Below, one piece after another: positions 26,541-35,065 of a stretch of DNA of 56,756 nt. The notes below the pieces were generated by a model. It saw only the letters and a list, made by a program, of their open reading frames with translations. It made no database searches and was not told the DNA's origin. Position 1 is the stretch's first letter, and every line of letters starts with the position of its first letter. A program made the position numbers and the translations under genes. The DNA is from a virus (Duplodnaviria; Caudoviricetes). The stretch is taken from positions 1 through 56,756 of the IMG/VR virus record IMGVR_UViG_3300044730_000684. One strand, written 5' to 3'.

Positions 26541-26888
26541 CTACTCTCTTGGATCTTGATTTGCAAGCCACGAGACATACCACATCGTCTTGCGGGCATC
26601 CTGCTCCACAGCGTCCTTATGCCCAAGTCGCCAGAGATACGCCACTGACGTACCCTTCAGAAACCCGCGCCACTCGTCTTCGGTCAGCATCGACCGGATG
26701 GCATCAATGCACTCAATCTCGCCCTTCCGGTAATGGCTCGGATTTACCGGATCGCTTTTTGGCTTTTCGCTTGGCGTGGCTGAGTTTGGCCATTCGCTGG
26801 TAGTGGGATTTAGGTCGTCGCTTTTTAGCCCCGGTAGCAGCGCTTCCACCTCGGCTTCCGATAGTCGCCAAGTATTCTCGGATGGCAT
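26541..26888 (-). CDS. DUF3310 (SaV-like) protein, start uncertain
   Basis: DPVNPSHY..G.IECIDAI...GFLKG...YLWR...K....D..K..WY. Confidence 0.8.
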   Translation of the reverse strand: MPSENTWRLSEAEVEALLPGLKSDDLNPTTSEWPNSATPSEKPKSDPVNPSHYRKGEIECIDAIRSMLTEDEWRGFLKGTSVAYLWRLGHKDAVEQDARKTMWYVSWLANQDPRE

Positions 26889-26904
26889 CTTTATCTCCTT
26901 TCAT
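26713..26904 (-). CDS. Small basic protein (KGG-like motif)
   Basis: EYLATIGSRGG...HYQRMAK; start overlaps the upstream gene end; overlaps the DUF3310 frame. Confidence 0.55.
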   Translation of the reverse strand: MKGDKDAIREYLATIGSRGGSAATGAKKRRPKSHYQRMAKLSHAKRKAKKRSGKSEPLPEGRD

Positions 26905-27097
26905 TTCTCAATAACTCCAACTCTGCCTTTAAAGTAATAATTTCCTGCTCCAACACCGCTGCCTCATTCCACATTCCGTGTGAACGAATTTCAGCCAGAG
27001 CAAACTGAACCTTCTTGTCCTGCGACTGACCGTAACCCCATGGCGCAGCCTTTAGCTCATTTTTCCACGACCCCGGAGGGCTTTGATTGTCGATCAT
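26891..27097 (-). CDS. Hypothetical protein
   Basis: GGAG RBS; C-terminal coiled coil. Confidence 0.6.
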   Translation of the reverse strand: MIDNQSPPGSWKNELKAAPWGYGQSQDKKVQFALAEIRSHGMWNEAAVLEQEIITLKAELELLRNERR

Positions 27098-28466
27098 TGA
27101 TCATTACTCCCACTTCTTGCGTGACCTTTTCAACCACGCTATCCCACGGAGCGATCATGTTTTCCCTTGGAAAAATTCTTACGCTAGGGTACCAAGCACT
27201 ACGATCGCCCCTTACGTTGCCCCAGTACCAAAGCTTGTTTGCATCCATCAACAACACCGGAACACCTAGCGCACCGGCCAGATGAACCGTTGAACTACTA
27301 ATGGCTACGATCACATCACACAACTTGCAAAGCGCAGCCAAACCTTCAAAGTCATTACTTAGATTTACCGAAGAGGTCTGGATGTTTACTCCATTCTTCT
27401 GATTAAAATAATCAACTGCCTTCTTGTCGCTGCCGTATTGCAGGTTGATTAGATTCACATCTAACTGCATGACAGATAACAACCGCTCAAGATCAATACT
27501 CTTGTGTGGTCCGATCTTCGGGGCTGCGCTCACCCAAGATAAACCCACCGTCAGCTTGTTCGGATCAAGGTCAAGTTCCTTGCGATACTTCTCCACCAGC
27601 TCCGGGTCAGCCTTCAAATACTTCCGGGCAGCGTAGTACTCAATGTCATCCAAGCTCTTGATAAACGATCTGCCAATGCTTGCAAACGGAATCTGCGAGG
27701 TATGCAAATCAGATTTAACTTGATCAATGCTCGACATGAAGTTCACATCCGGCATCGAGCGACTGAATAGCGAGATCAGTCTCGGGTCAACCATCGCCGT
27801 CACATAATCTGCTCGCTTGCGAATCGACGGAATCAACGATCCGTAAATGATCATGTCACCGATGCCCTGCTCGCCCCACACAAGCACGGACTTGTGCTCG
27901 CTATCGAGCGACCATTGCGGCTTTTGTGTCACTAGGCGGCGGCTCTTGAATCTGCTGCTGCTCCATCGCTTCTCGTACAGAGGCCAGCCCGTCTCGAAGT
28001 CGTTTAATTGCAGAGCAAGCAATCCCAAAATCCAATTTGAATTCGCATCGTCTGGTGAAAGTTCGTTGGCCTTCAAGAAATCTTGCTTCGCCAGATCCCA
28101 CCGTCGCATCTCCCAATTCGCAGCCCCTCGCTGCACATAAGCCAGCGTGTAGTCGGGCTTCATCTGCGTGACTTTAGTAAAGTCTTCGATGGCCGCGTCG
28201 TACTTCTGCTGCTCTGATTTCACAACACCGCGATTAACGATGTCTTCAAACGTCAGCGCGCCACGACGCTCAGCGGCATCATAATACTGCTCCGCTTCTG
28301 CAAATTTTCGCTCAATCTGAAGCAACCGCGCCTTGGCACGATACGCAACAATGTCTTTTGGATTAAGCGAGATCGCATAGTTGCAAAGGTCCATGGCTTC
28401 AGCGTACTTACCCGCTTGAAACTTGGCTTCGATCTGCTGAATAGCACGTTGATGTTTGGTAATCAT
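27057..28466 (-). CDS. TPR-repeat protein fused to a GT-B (GT9-like) glycosyltransferase domain
   Basis: About five TPRs, then EQGIGD, VGLSW, LQYG, D.IVAISSSTVHLAGALGVP, WYPSVRIF. Confidence 0.85.
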   Translation of the reverse strand: MITKHQRAIQQIEAKFQAGKYAEAMDLCNYAISLNPKDIVAYRAKARLLQIERKFAEAEQYYDAAERRGALTFEDIVNRGVVKSEQQKYDAAIEDFTKVTQMKPDYTLAYVQRGAANWEMRRWDLAKQDFLKANELSPDDANSNWILGLLALQLNDFETGWPLYEKRWSSSRFKSRRLVTQKPQWSLDSEHKSVLVWGEQGIGDMIIYGSLIPSIRKRADYVTAMVDPRLISLFSRSMPDVNFMSSIDQVKSDLHTSQIPFASIGRSFIKSLDDIEYYAARKYLKADPELVEKYRKELDLDPNKLTVGLSWVSAAPKIGPHKSIDLERLLSVMQLDVNLINLQYGSDKKAVDYFNQKNGVNIQTSSVNLSNDFEGLAALCKLCDVIVAISSSTVHLAGALGVPVLLMDANKLWYWGNVRGDRSAWYPSVRIFPRENMIAPWDSVVEKVTQEVGVMINDRQSKPSGVVEK

Positions 28467-29131
28467 ATTGTTGATGCCACCGCCATCCATTCACGACCGT
28501 AATCCACATCGCACCAGTCCTTAAACCAAGGACCTCCGCGTGTGAAATGCACTGCGATGGGATCTGGCTCGTCCTTTCGGGTGTACCACCCTTCCAGATA
28601 GTTGTATGCGATCGGAAGATCCCCGATCAGCGAGTCGTCGAGCCATTCAAACCTATGAAGATACATCCCTGTGGCAATGTTTACCACCTCTGGCGTCAAC
28701 TTCTTAACTGCTTCATGCTCACAGTTGATGAACATAAAACTCGACCAGTTCTTGCGAGGGTATTGATGCTGCGCCTTGTTATCCATCTTGACCGTTTCGG
28801 TCGGCCTGTAGTCGTGCTTTACAAGCATGCACGCTTTTGTCCGGTCGGCGTAGCCAAGCAGTCCCGCGATGTCCCGCCGGAAAAGAAAATCGCAGTCGCA
28901 AAACACGGCCCAGCCGGTATACCCCGCGAGGTATGGAGTCAGAAACCGCGTGAAGCTGAACTCCGTAGACGAGAGCGGGTCGATGCCACGCCAATAAATA
29001 CCCTGCTCGCGCAGATCTCTTTGCTTTATCGGAGCAATGTCGAGCGCAATAGATGAGTGCAACTCCATGGACCTCTTTGCCACTTGATAGGCAATGTCCT
29101 CACGGCTGTCGTAACCAATAAAAACTTTCAT
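28463..29131 (-). CDS. GT-A glycosyltransferase (CDI-like nucleotide-diphospho-sugar transferase)
   Basis: VFIGYD.RE, STEFSFTRFL.PYL, DCD (DxD), YPRKNWSS, HFT.GGPW. Confidence 0.88.
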   Translation of the reverse strand: MKVFIGYDSREDIAYQVAKRSMELHSSIALDIAPIKQRDLREQGIYWRGIDPLSSTEFSFTRFLTPYLAGYTGWAVFCDCDFLFRRDIAGLLGYADRTKACMLVKHDYRPTETVKMDNKAQHQYPRKNWSSFMFINCEHEAVKKLTPEVVNIATGMYLHRFEWLDDSLIGDLPIAYNYLEGWYTRKDEPDPIAVHFTRGGPWFKDWCDVDYGREWMAVASTI

Positions 29132-29135
29132 AAAA

Positions 29136-29306
29136 TTAAATTGGATTTAAATCTTTAAGAACAACAATGTAAGCAATAGCTTCACCACCAAGTTTCCCCT
29201 CAGAAACCCTCATGATGACGTATTGATCTCCAGCAGATTTCAACAATGCTTTAGCATCTTCAATGCTTTTGAATCCTGCTATTTCCATTTTAAAACCTTC
29301 AAGCAT
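29136..29306 (-). CDS. Small AT-rich hypothetical protein, 56 aa
   Basis: MLEGFKMEIAGFKSIEDAKALLKSAGDQYVIMRVSEGKLGGEAIAYIVVLKDLNPI fills the gap between two GT genes. Confidence 0.55.
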   Translation of the reverse strand: MLEGFKMEIAGFKSIEDAKALLKSAGDQYVIMRVSEGKLGGEAIAYIVVLKDLNPI

Positions 29307-29970
29307 TTAAGAACGCCTCCTTACGAGCCTGTCCCTTGAAGTGAAGAATGTGCGGCACATGACCCTCCGGTGCCTTGTCCGGCAGACAGGCGTAATCCAG
29401 TTCCTGCATCTCACCCACCAGCTCGGGATAAAGCATGTGCGAGTACACCTTGAGAGCCTCTTGATCTCCGTACCAAGAGCGTAGGTTTTGATCCATAAAC
29501 CCCATCAAAATCGCCATCCCCTTCCACGCATGGTAGTTCTTCGTAATCGTCATGCACCCAAGGTATGGGTACAGCGTACCCAGCGGAATGCCGTGGTACT
29601 TCTTAAAGATCCCGTCCCGTTGCAGTCCGTTGAACGTAGCCTCCCGATCAAACGAGCGACGGCAAAACACAATCTCACGGTCGCCCAATATCGCAGCCGG
29701 ATCGACCGGCAATACAAAAAGCATATCGGTGTCGATATACATAGCGGGCTGCGTCAAACGTGCCTCTGCAAACGCCCGAGTGCGCCAGTACATGATCTGC
29801 GACGGGTCGCCTTTGGAGTACTTGTATTCGTCCACCCCATCGACCTTCGGAGTGACATCATCAGTACACATGATGACTTGAGCGTCGGGCATCACCGCTT
29901 TGAGCGAGGCCACCATCTTCGTCGGGAAGGTCACATCAGCCCCAACGTGAAAGAATACAAATCGGCTCAC
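29299..29970 (-). CDS. GT-A fold glycosyltransferase
   Basis: YIDTDML (DxD), WYGDQEAL, ILHFKG. Confidence 0.8.
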   Translation of the reverse strand: MSRFVFFHVGADVTFPTKMVASLKAVMPDAQVIMCTDDVTPKVDGVDEYKYSKGDPSQIMYWRTRAFAEARLTQPAMYIDTDMLFVLPVDPAAILGDREIVFCRRSFDREATFNGLQRDGIFKKYHGIPLGTLYPYLGCMTITKNYHAWKGMAILMGFMDQNLRSWYGDQEALKVYSHMLYPELVGEMQELDYACLPDKAPEGHVPHILHFKGQARKEAFLNA

Positions 29971-30152
29971 TCTTCGCTCCTAACAACCGCCATGATGTCT
30001 GCAACCTTGTAAGCATCACGCGCCAGTTCCCACACGTTAGGGTGAGAGCCATCTGGCTGAGCTGCTAACATCCCTTGCATCGCCGCCGTTGCAAAGTAGT
30101 CACGCAGTTCCATGCCGTAAGCGGCACGATCTTCTTCTTTCTTAGTCATCAT
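29967..30152 (-). CDS. Small conserved phage protein (LRDYFA..AMQG family)
   Basis: GMELRDYFATAAMQG...AYKVAD.M motif. Confidence 0.75.
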   Translation of the reverse strand: MMTKKEEDRAAYGMELRDYFATAAMQGMLAAQPDGSHPNVWELARDAYKVADIMAVVRSEE

Positions 30153-30478
30153 TCCTCCAGAGGGTCTTTGAGCATGACCGTCGTTGCCGTCGCGGGTGCA
30201 ACGGAATACTTATTAAGCACATCGACGCATCTGTTAATCGTCTGCTCGCGGATCAGCACCGCCAGTTTGCAAATGATCTGCGCGTTGTTTTTTTGTGCGA
30301 TCGGACCAGCGGCATCAAACTCACGCGCCGTCTTCTCAACAAACGCCCAGTCAAAGTAGTCCAGCTTTCCCTCTGGACCGATCTTGCACCACGTTTCTTC
30401 ACCTGTCTTGGCCGTAGTCGGATTCTCAAGGTAATCAAACTCTTTTTCTTGCTTTGATTCCTCATTCGTGTCGCTCAT
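30149..30478 (-). CDS. Hypothetical protein
   Basis: ATGA-coupled ORF in the operon. Confidence 0.65.
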   Translation of the reverse strand: MSDTNEESKQEKEFDYLENPTTAKTGEETWCKIGPEGKLDYFDWAFVEKTAREFDAAGPIAQKNNAQIICKLAVLIREQTINRCVDVLNKYSVAPATATTVMLKDPLEE

Positions 30479-31251
30479 AACTTCACCATTACTCCTTGTC
30501 CGGTGGGCAATTCCAAAATTTTCTCTGGCTTGTCTTCCAAAAACTTCTGATGCGATAAACCCGATTCTCGGTATCTTGAAAAGCCGTAGTCATCAAATAC
30601 TAATATCGCACCCTTCGACATACGCTGATACAACTCCGGCAGCACATGGGCTTCGGCTTCGTGTCCGTTCAAGTCAAGGTGCGCGAAACAAATTTCATCG
30701 GGTAACTTGTGCGGGATCGTCTCAAACACATCTCCCCCACACATCACGGGGCAAAACTTACGCATACGCCTCTCAACTTTCTTTTCAAGTTCCGGCCCGT
30801 GTAAATTCTTTTTGTGATCGCCATCTGGTGCGTCGAAATAGTCAAACAGATACAGATTCTTTCCCAAAATCAAATCATTATTGTATTTACAAAAAACCGC
30901 TGTGCTCTTTGCCTCGTAGCACCCCACATCCACAATATCGCCTTCAATATGCGCGGCCTGTGAGAGTGCCCAGCACAAGTTATGTATGCGCCATGATCTA
31001 GCGTGCAACACAGCATCATCCTTAAACTCACGCATCGCTTCGACAAACTTCGGGTCTTGCAACCAGAACAGACTGCGAAACCAAATAAAGATGTCATCGT
31101 GAATCGTGAACGGAACGCCGCCTCTGTGCATCAGTTCAGCCATCTTTGAGATCGCAGCAAAAAACTCCTTACGATCGTCATCGGTCTTGAACATCTGCGC
31201 GTAATCTTTATTCGCAAACATAAAGACCGGCTGAACATAGGGGTTCGTCAC
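30475..31251 (-). CDS. TylF/MycF-like sugar O-methyltransferase
   Basis: EGDIVDVGCY, YLFDYF, G.V.ETIP, FAHLD, GAILVFDDYG. Confidence 0.85.
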   Translation of the reverse strand: MTNPYVQPVFMFANKDYAQMFKTDDDRKEFFAAISKMAELMHRGGVPFTIHDDIFIWFRSLFWLQDPKFVEAMREFKDDAVLHARSWRIHNLCWALSQAAHIEGDIVDVGCYEAKSTAVFCKYNNDLILGKNLYLFDYFDAPDGDHKKNLHGPELEKKVERRMRKFCPVMCGGDVFETIPHKLPDEICFAHLDLNGHEAEAHVLPELYQRMSKGAILVFDDYGFSRYRESGLSHQKFLEDKPEKILELPTGQGVMVKL

Positions 31252-31460
31252 AAATTAACCCCGTAATACCGCAGCACCAACTTAAATGCGTCAATGTGAT
31301 GCTTTAACTCAGCGATGTCTTGCTTTGGATCAGTATGAAAGATCGCAAGATTACCGCCCGCCTTACGTCGTTTTAGATCCTCTTGAAGACTCTTGAGCGT
31401 GTCCTTCAGATCCGCTCGAACAAGTGTATTCATGCCCTCAACACAGAGTTCAACTTTCAT
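31248..31460 (-). CDS. Hypothetical protein
   Basis: ATGA-coupled start at 31460; helical, ends VLRYYG. Confidence 0.65.
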   Translation of the reverse strand: MKVELCVEGMNTLVRADLKDTLKSLQEDLKRRKAGGNLAIFHTDPKQDIAELKHHIDAFKLVLRYYGVNL

Positions 31461-31624
31461 GTCATCGCCCCTATGGCGTAACCTAAAATGAATGTAATTA
31501 GGCATAGCATAATCTCCGCTACCATCGCGGCAGAGCGTTTCCTGTCCTGCTCCAGTTCCATCTCAAAAATCTGCTCTTTCAACTGGCGTATCTCAGCGCG
31601 TAGCCGGTCTTGCGAATACTCCAT
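31457..31624 (-). CDS. Coiled-coil protein with C-terminal TM helix
   Basis: MEYSQDRLRAEIRQLKEQIFE...IMLCLITFILGYAIG; TGATG overlap. Confidence 0.6.
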   Translation of the reverse strand: MEYSQDRLRAEIRQLKEQIFEMELEQDRKRSAAMVAEIMLCLITFILGYAIGAMT

Positions 31625-31755
31625 CACCAGTAGTCTCCATACTTGCAGTCGGTCTGCTTGCCACGCGAGCATCGGTAGTTGGGTGGCGGTACGCTTGCCC
31701 ATTCGCGGTATATGTCAGCCTTCCAATTTTGGATCAATCTCTTTAGCCAATTCAT
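31624..31755 (-). CDS. Small hypothetical protein, 43 aa
   Basis: MNWLKRLIQNWKADIYREWASVPPPNYRCSRGKQTDCKYGDYW; GAGG RBS; coupled to the next gene. Confidence 0.5.
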   Translation of the reverse strand: MNWLKRLIQNWKADIYREWASVPPPNYRCSRGKQTDCKYGDYW

Positions 31756-31760
31756 TTGGA

Positions 31761-32117
31761 TCAGTCCTCGCCAGTTCTAGTTCGAGTAAGCGTATCTCTC
31801 TCTGCTTTTGTCGTATCTGACTCCACAACTGCTCGACCCTTGTGAGTTGTCTTTCGCGGCGGGTAACCCGCTCGTCTAGCAAGTCGTCGCCCTGTTTCAA
31901 TGCCATCACACAACTCCCTAATCAGCCGTTGTCGGCGCAGCGAACTAATACGCTCCTTGCGGGTTTCGATCCACCGCAGCGTCTCCTCGACGGAGGCTTT
32001 ACGATGAGATCGACCCCGCATGAAGTGACAACGCCCTTTATGCTCTGTGTTACATACAGAACACCGCGTTTCTTTCTTCGGGGGCATCCCCCAAAATTCT
32101 CTAAAGTTTCTACTCAA
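31761..32117 (-). CDS. Basic hypothetical protein with CxxC...H...C
   Basis: TTG start overlapping the upstream stop; an alternative coiled-coil frame at 31715-31909 overlaps it. Confidence 0.45.
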   Translation of the reverse strand: MSRNFREFWGMPPKKETRCSVCNTEHKGRCHFMRGRSHRKASVEETLRWIETRKERISSLRRQRLIRELCDGIETGRRLARRAGYPPRKTTHKGRAVVESDTTKAERDTLTRTRTGED

Positions 32118-32278
32118 AGTATTTTGGATAAAAAGTGGTTGAACATCCGCATCGTTGACTCTACTTGCATCGCCATCTGTTGCGTTTGCTCATACGCCGC
32201 TCGTTCCGCAGCCTCCTTTACCTGTGCATACTCTTGATAGGCACGATCCAACTCTTGACACTCTTGCTCGTTATCCAT
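32114..32278 (-). CDS. Small helical hypothetical protein, 54 aa
   Basis: GAGGAGG RBS; MDNEQECQELDRAYQEYAQVKEAAERAAYEQ... Confidence 0.65.
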   Translation of the reverse strand: MDNEQECQELDRAYQEYAQVKEAAERAAYEQTQQMAMQVESTMRMFNHFLSKIL

Positions 32279-32304
32279 TTGCGTTCCTCCTCAGAACACT
32301 ATTG

Positions 32305-32319
32305 GTCAAACGGCTTGCA
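32305..32319. promoter_or_regulatory. Operator-like site TGCAAGCCGTTTGAC (- strand)
   Basis: Intergenic copy of the CAAGCCGNTTG core found in three early promoters. Confidence 0.55.
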
Positions 32320-32380
32320 CACGATACCCTGCACCGAATATAGGCGCAATCCCTTTGTGCAAACCAACTGATTTACAGGG

Positions 32381-33001
32381 TTACTGTGCTACAAACTGAA
32401 CTGCCGATTGGGGCAGCAGTAGGGCGGTCTTTCGGCTTGGACGGGGGTACACCAGAATATGCCCCGCAAACTGAGTCGAAAGCAGCAGGGAAGCGTTTGC
32501 TACCCCCTTCTCTATGCCCTCAAAGTCATCCAAGACAATCACGGCATCGCGGGATAAATTCGCCATCAAGTCCGTATCCGCACCCGCCAACCGTCCGTCC
32601 AGATAAAACAGGTCTACCTGTACGCCCCGCTCAACCAAGGTCGTGAACATCTGCGTCGAGGTCTGCTTCGGAAACTGCTCAACGGCTCCCCCGTACAGTT
32701 CGGGTAACTTAATATCGTTTGAGGCATCGCAGGTGTAGATCACCCCACCGCTCATGCCGTCTGCCATCGCCCTCGTCGAGCGTCCGATATACGTCCCCAC
32801 TTCGGCTATGACCTTGGGCTTGAAGTGCCGCACAATCCCACGCAACTCCGCACAGTCCTCGTCGCCCAATGAACCCGTCTTGTAGTCGGCTTGGGCAACC
32901 AATTCCTCGTCGTTACGCAAAATGTAGGGAGTAATCTCCTTCGACAGTACCGCCCAGATCACAGGCGAAAACGCCATGCGGTTAATACGAATAGGATTCA
33001 T
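32381..33001 (-). CDS. Class I SAM-dependent methyltransferase (Methyltransf_24-like)
   Basis: KPKVIAEVGTYIGRST, DLFYLDG, IVLDD. Confidence 0.85.
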   Translation of the reverse strand: MNPIRINRMAFSPVIWAVLSKEITPYILRNDEELVAQADYKTGSLGDEDCAELRGIVRHFKPKVIAEVGTYIGRSTRAMADGMSGGVIYTCDASNDIKLPELYGGAVEQFPKQTSTQMFTTLVERGVQVDLFYLDGRLAGADTDLMANLSRDAVIVLDDFEGIEKGVANASLLLSTQFAGHILVYPRPSRKTALLLPQSAVQFVAQ

Positions 33002-33393
33002 GCGCGATCCCTCGCGTCAAACGATTCATCCAACTCCCAATCCTCAAACTCGCGCTGCAAGTCCTCTGTGGTCATGTTGTTGAACCCTTGAAACCCAAAC
33101 TCCATGTAATCCCGCAGTAGTGAAGTGCCGTTGCTGCTCATAATCGTATCGACACGATCATCCACAAGCCGCCCAATCATCTTCTCGCGCCGCTTGCTCG
33201 TAAACGGATCGGGAGAGTCCTCCTTCAGCACATAAGCGTTATCCACCCATACCGCCGTCGCTTGGAAGTTCTCTGCCATCGCCCCCGTTCCTGCCGTGAT
33301 CGCCTCCGCAATCTCCGTCGCAGAAGCACTATCGGGGTCATCTATCCCCTCAAACTCTAAGCATACGGTCACTCTGTATTTGCTTTTAATCAC
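32998..33393 (-). CDS. Hypothetical two-domain early protein
   Basis: Coupled ORF; C-terminal half resembles 34387-34593. Confidence 0.65.
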   Translation of the reverse strand: MIKSKYRVTVCLEFEGIDDPDSASATEIAEAITAGTGAMAENFQATAVWVDNAYVLKEDSPDPFTSKRREKMIGRLVDDRVDTIMSSNGTSLLRDYMEFGFQGFNNMTTEDLQREFEDWELDESFDARDRA

Positions 33394-33653
33394 GATGCCA
33401 CCTCGCTCGTATGATCGTTTTCTAAGTAATCCAATGCCGCCTCATGCAGACGGTCGCGCTCCGTTTCGTCTCTTGTGTAATACAAGATGAAGTTATCCAA
33501 CACCTCCAAATGTTGCGGCAGGGTGAGTGTTACCCCACCCGATACACGCCACACAGGGTCAGACCGCTTGCCAAAGTTCGGCGCAGGGATCAGATCGCGG
33601 AACAAATCCTCAAGTTCGGTCGGTGCGCGGTCGGTCACTTTGCGCTTTTTCAT
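33390..33653 (-). CDS. Hypothetical early protein
   Basis: GGAGG RBS and ATGA coupling. Confidence 0.65.
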   Translation of the reverse strand: MKKRKVTDRAPTELEDLFRDLIPAPNFGKRSDPVWRVSGGVTLTLPQHLEVLDNFILYYTRDETERDRLHEAALDYLENDHTSEVAS

Positions 33654-33817
33654 GCGGCCTCCAATTCACTAATGTGATATTCAAGTCGATTTTCGGGCCA
33701 CTCGTACTCGCTATCCTCGTCCTCAATGACGGCACGATTGCTCCATCGCTCGACGATCAGCCCCCAAATATCTTGATCGCAGACCTTTACACGGTCGCCA
33801 ATTTTGAAGTCGCTCAT
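33650..33817 (-). CDS. Small SH3/KOW-like early protein, 55 aa
   Basis: MSDFKIGDRVKVCDQDIWGLIVE...ELEAA; coupled at both ends. Confidence 0.65.
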   Translation of the reverse strand: MSDFKIGDRVKVCDQDIWGLIVERWSNRAVIEDEDSEYEWPENRLEYHISELEAA

Positions 33818-33990
33818 GCGATTGCAACCTCCACTTCCTTGATTTTGGCTAGAACTGCACGTTGGTTGCTTGCATCGAGTCCTGCACCTTCAAGGATTTC
33901 GGCGGCTTCCCATAGGGCTTCCTCCAACTTACAGATGCAAACCTGCAACTCCAATACATACCCTCGCTTTATCACGATCATGTCGTTCAT
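33814..33990 (-). CDS. Small helical early protein, 58 aa
   Basis: MNDMIVIKRGYVLELQVCICKLEEALWEAAEIL...; coupled at both ends. Confidence 0.6.
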   Translation of the reverse strand: MNDMIVIKRGYVLELQVCICKLEEALWEAAEILEGAGLDASNQRAVLAKIKEVEVAIA

Positions 33991-34187
33991 GCGGCCTCCT
34001 TTGCCATCTGGCGACGATAACGGGCTAGGGCGTTGCGTTTACAGGCGGTAACGTCAGCGGCAGACATTCCAACCGCGATTCGTTCGGCAAACTTAATTAC
34101 CTCCTCAGCGGCTGCGTCAGTCGGCGCGGTCAATCCTAAAAATAAGGCCAACGTGAGGGCTTCCCGTGGCGTTTCTGGCTTTTTCAT
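33987..34187 (-). CDS. Hypothetical early protein
   Basis: EALTLALFLGLTAPTD; coupled at both ends. Confidence 0.65.
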   Translation of the reverse strand: MKKPETPREALTLALFLGLTAPTDAAAEEVIKFAERIAVGMSAADVTACKRNALARYRRQMAKEAA

Positions 34188-34390
34188 GCTGCCTCCTCGC
34201 AGTCCTCTACCTCGTCCAAAACAATGTCACGCCAATCGTGTTCCTCCTCGTCGTAACTGTCATCGTGATCGACCCAATCTTTGTCAATCAGTTTTTCACG
34301 GGCTTCCTGCTCGTTTTCAGCAGCAACAAAAACCCTTCGCATACCGTAACTCACTACAGGAACGGTGAAGGTGTAGCACTTCTCGCTCAT
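34184..34390 (-). CDS. Acidic early protein
   Basis: Y.F.V......V.V.AE...EA pattern; coupled. Confidence 0.65.
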   Translation of the reverse strand: MSEKCYTFTVPVVSYGMRRVFVAAENEQEAREKLIDKDWVDHDDSYDEEEHDWRDIVLDEVEDCEEAA

Positions 34391-34593
34391 GCGGCTTCTC
34401 CTTTAATGTAAGCCTTTATCCACATACGTTCTTCGTATTCTTCTTTTAGTTGCTCGTCGGTGTATTTCTCAAAACCGCAGAATCCTTCTCTGAGGTAATC
34501 AGCAAGCATACTGAAGTCACCGTGAGCGGCATCCTCGCGGATGCTTTCCAGTAGGTCATCAACTAACGCATCAACCAATTCATCGCGTGTCAT
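34387..34593 (-). CDS. Acidic early protein
   Basis: GGGGATAG RBS; L.DYL..GF.GF..YTDEQL. Confidence 0.7.
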   Translation of the reverse strand: MTRDELVDALVDDLLESIREDAAHGDFSMLADYLREGFCGFEKYTDEQLKEEYEERMWIKAYIKGEAA

Positions 34594-34604
34594 CTTGCTA
34601 TCCC

Positions 34605-34862
34605 CTATGAAATGACGGGCAGAGTGTCCACCCGCTTATCGGTTGTGAATAACGCACCGGCATCGTTGCCCTCATCGTCGCTGCTAGGCCAAACCAGTAC
34701 GCCGTTGTCGAGTTCGATTACTACGCTACGACCGTACCAACCCAACCCCTCCGCTTCTTTCGGGTAGAGGTATCGAACGGCTTTGATCTTGCGACCCACC
34801 AGTACCAAGGCGGCTTGATTCTCCCAGTATGGGACTACTTGATCTTGGGGAATGGTGTTCAT
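34605..34862 (-). CDS. Hypothetical early protein
   Basis: LVGRKI..VRY...I.LDNG....PSSDDEGNDAGALFT. Confidence 0.7.
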   Translation of the reverse strand: MNTIPQDQVVPYWENQAALVLVGRKIKAVRYLYPKEAEGLGWYGRSVVIELDNGVLVWPSSDDEGNDAGALFTTDKRVDTLPVIS

Positions 34863-35065
34863 GCGGCCTCTCCTTGCGGGAAATCCGCATCAATCGCTTG
34901 TAGTTGGTACTCGTAACACCAATAGCCATTGTCGAGGTCGTATATAGGCCGGTCGTTCTTCTCAGCCAATTCAACAATGGTCGCGGGTTTCGGCGGCTCC
35001 GTTCCCCACGCCCCAGACCACATAACGCGCTGCCCAATCTCGTATGAATGTGCCATCTTGCTCAT
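34859..35065 (-). CDS. Small SH3-like early protein
   Basis: IGQRV.W.G.WG...YDLDNGYWCYEYQ. Confidence 0.65.
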   Translation of the reverse strand: MSKMAHSYEIGQRVMWSGAWGTEPPKPATIVELAEKNDRPIYDLDNGYWCYEYQLQAIDADFPQGEAA

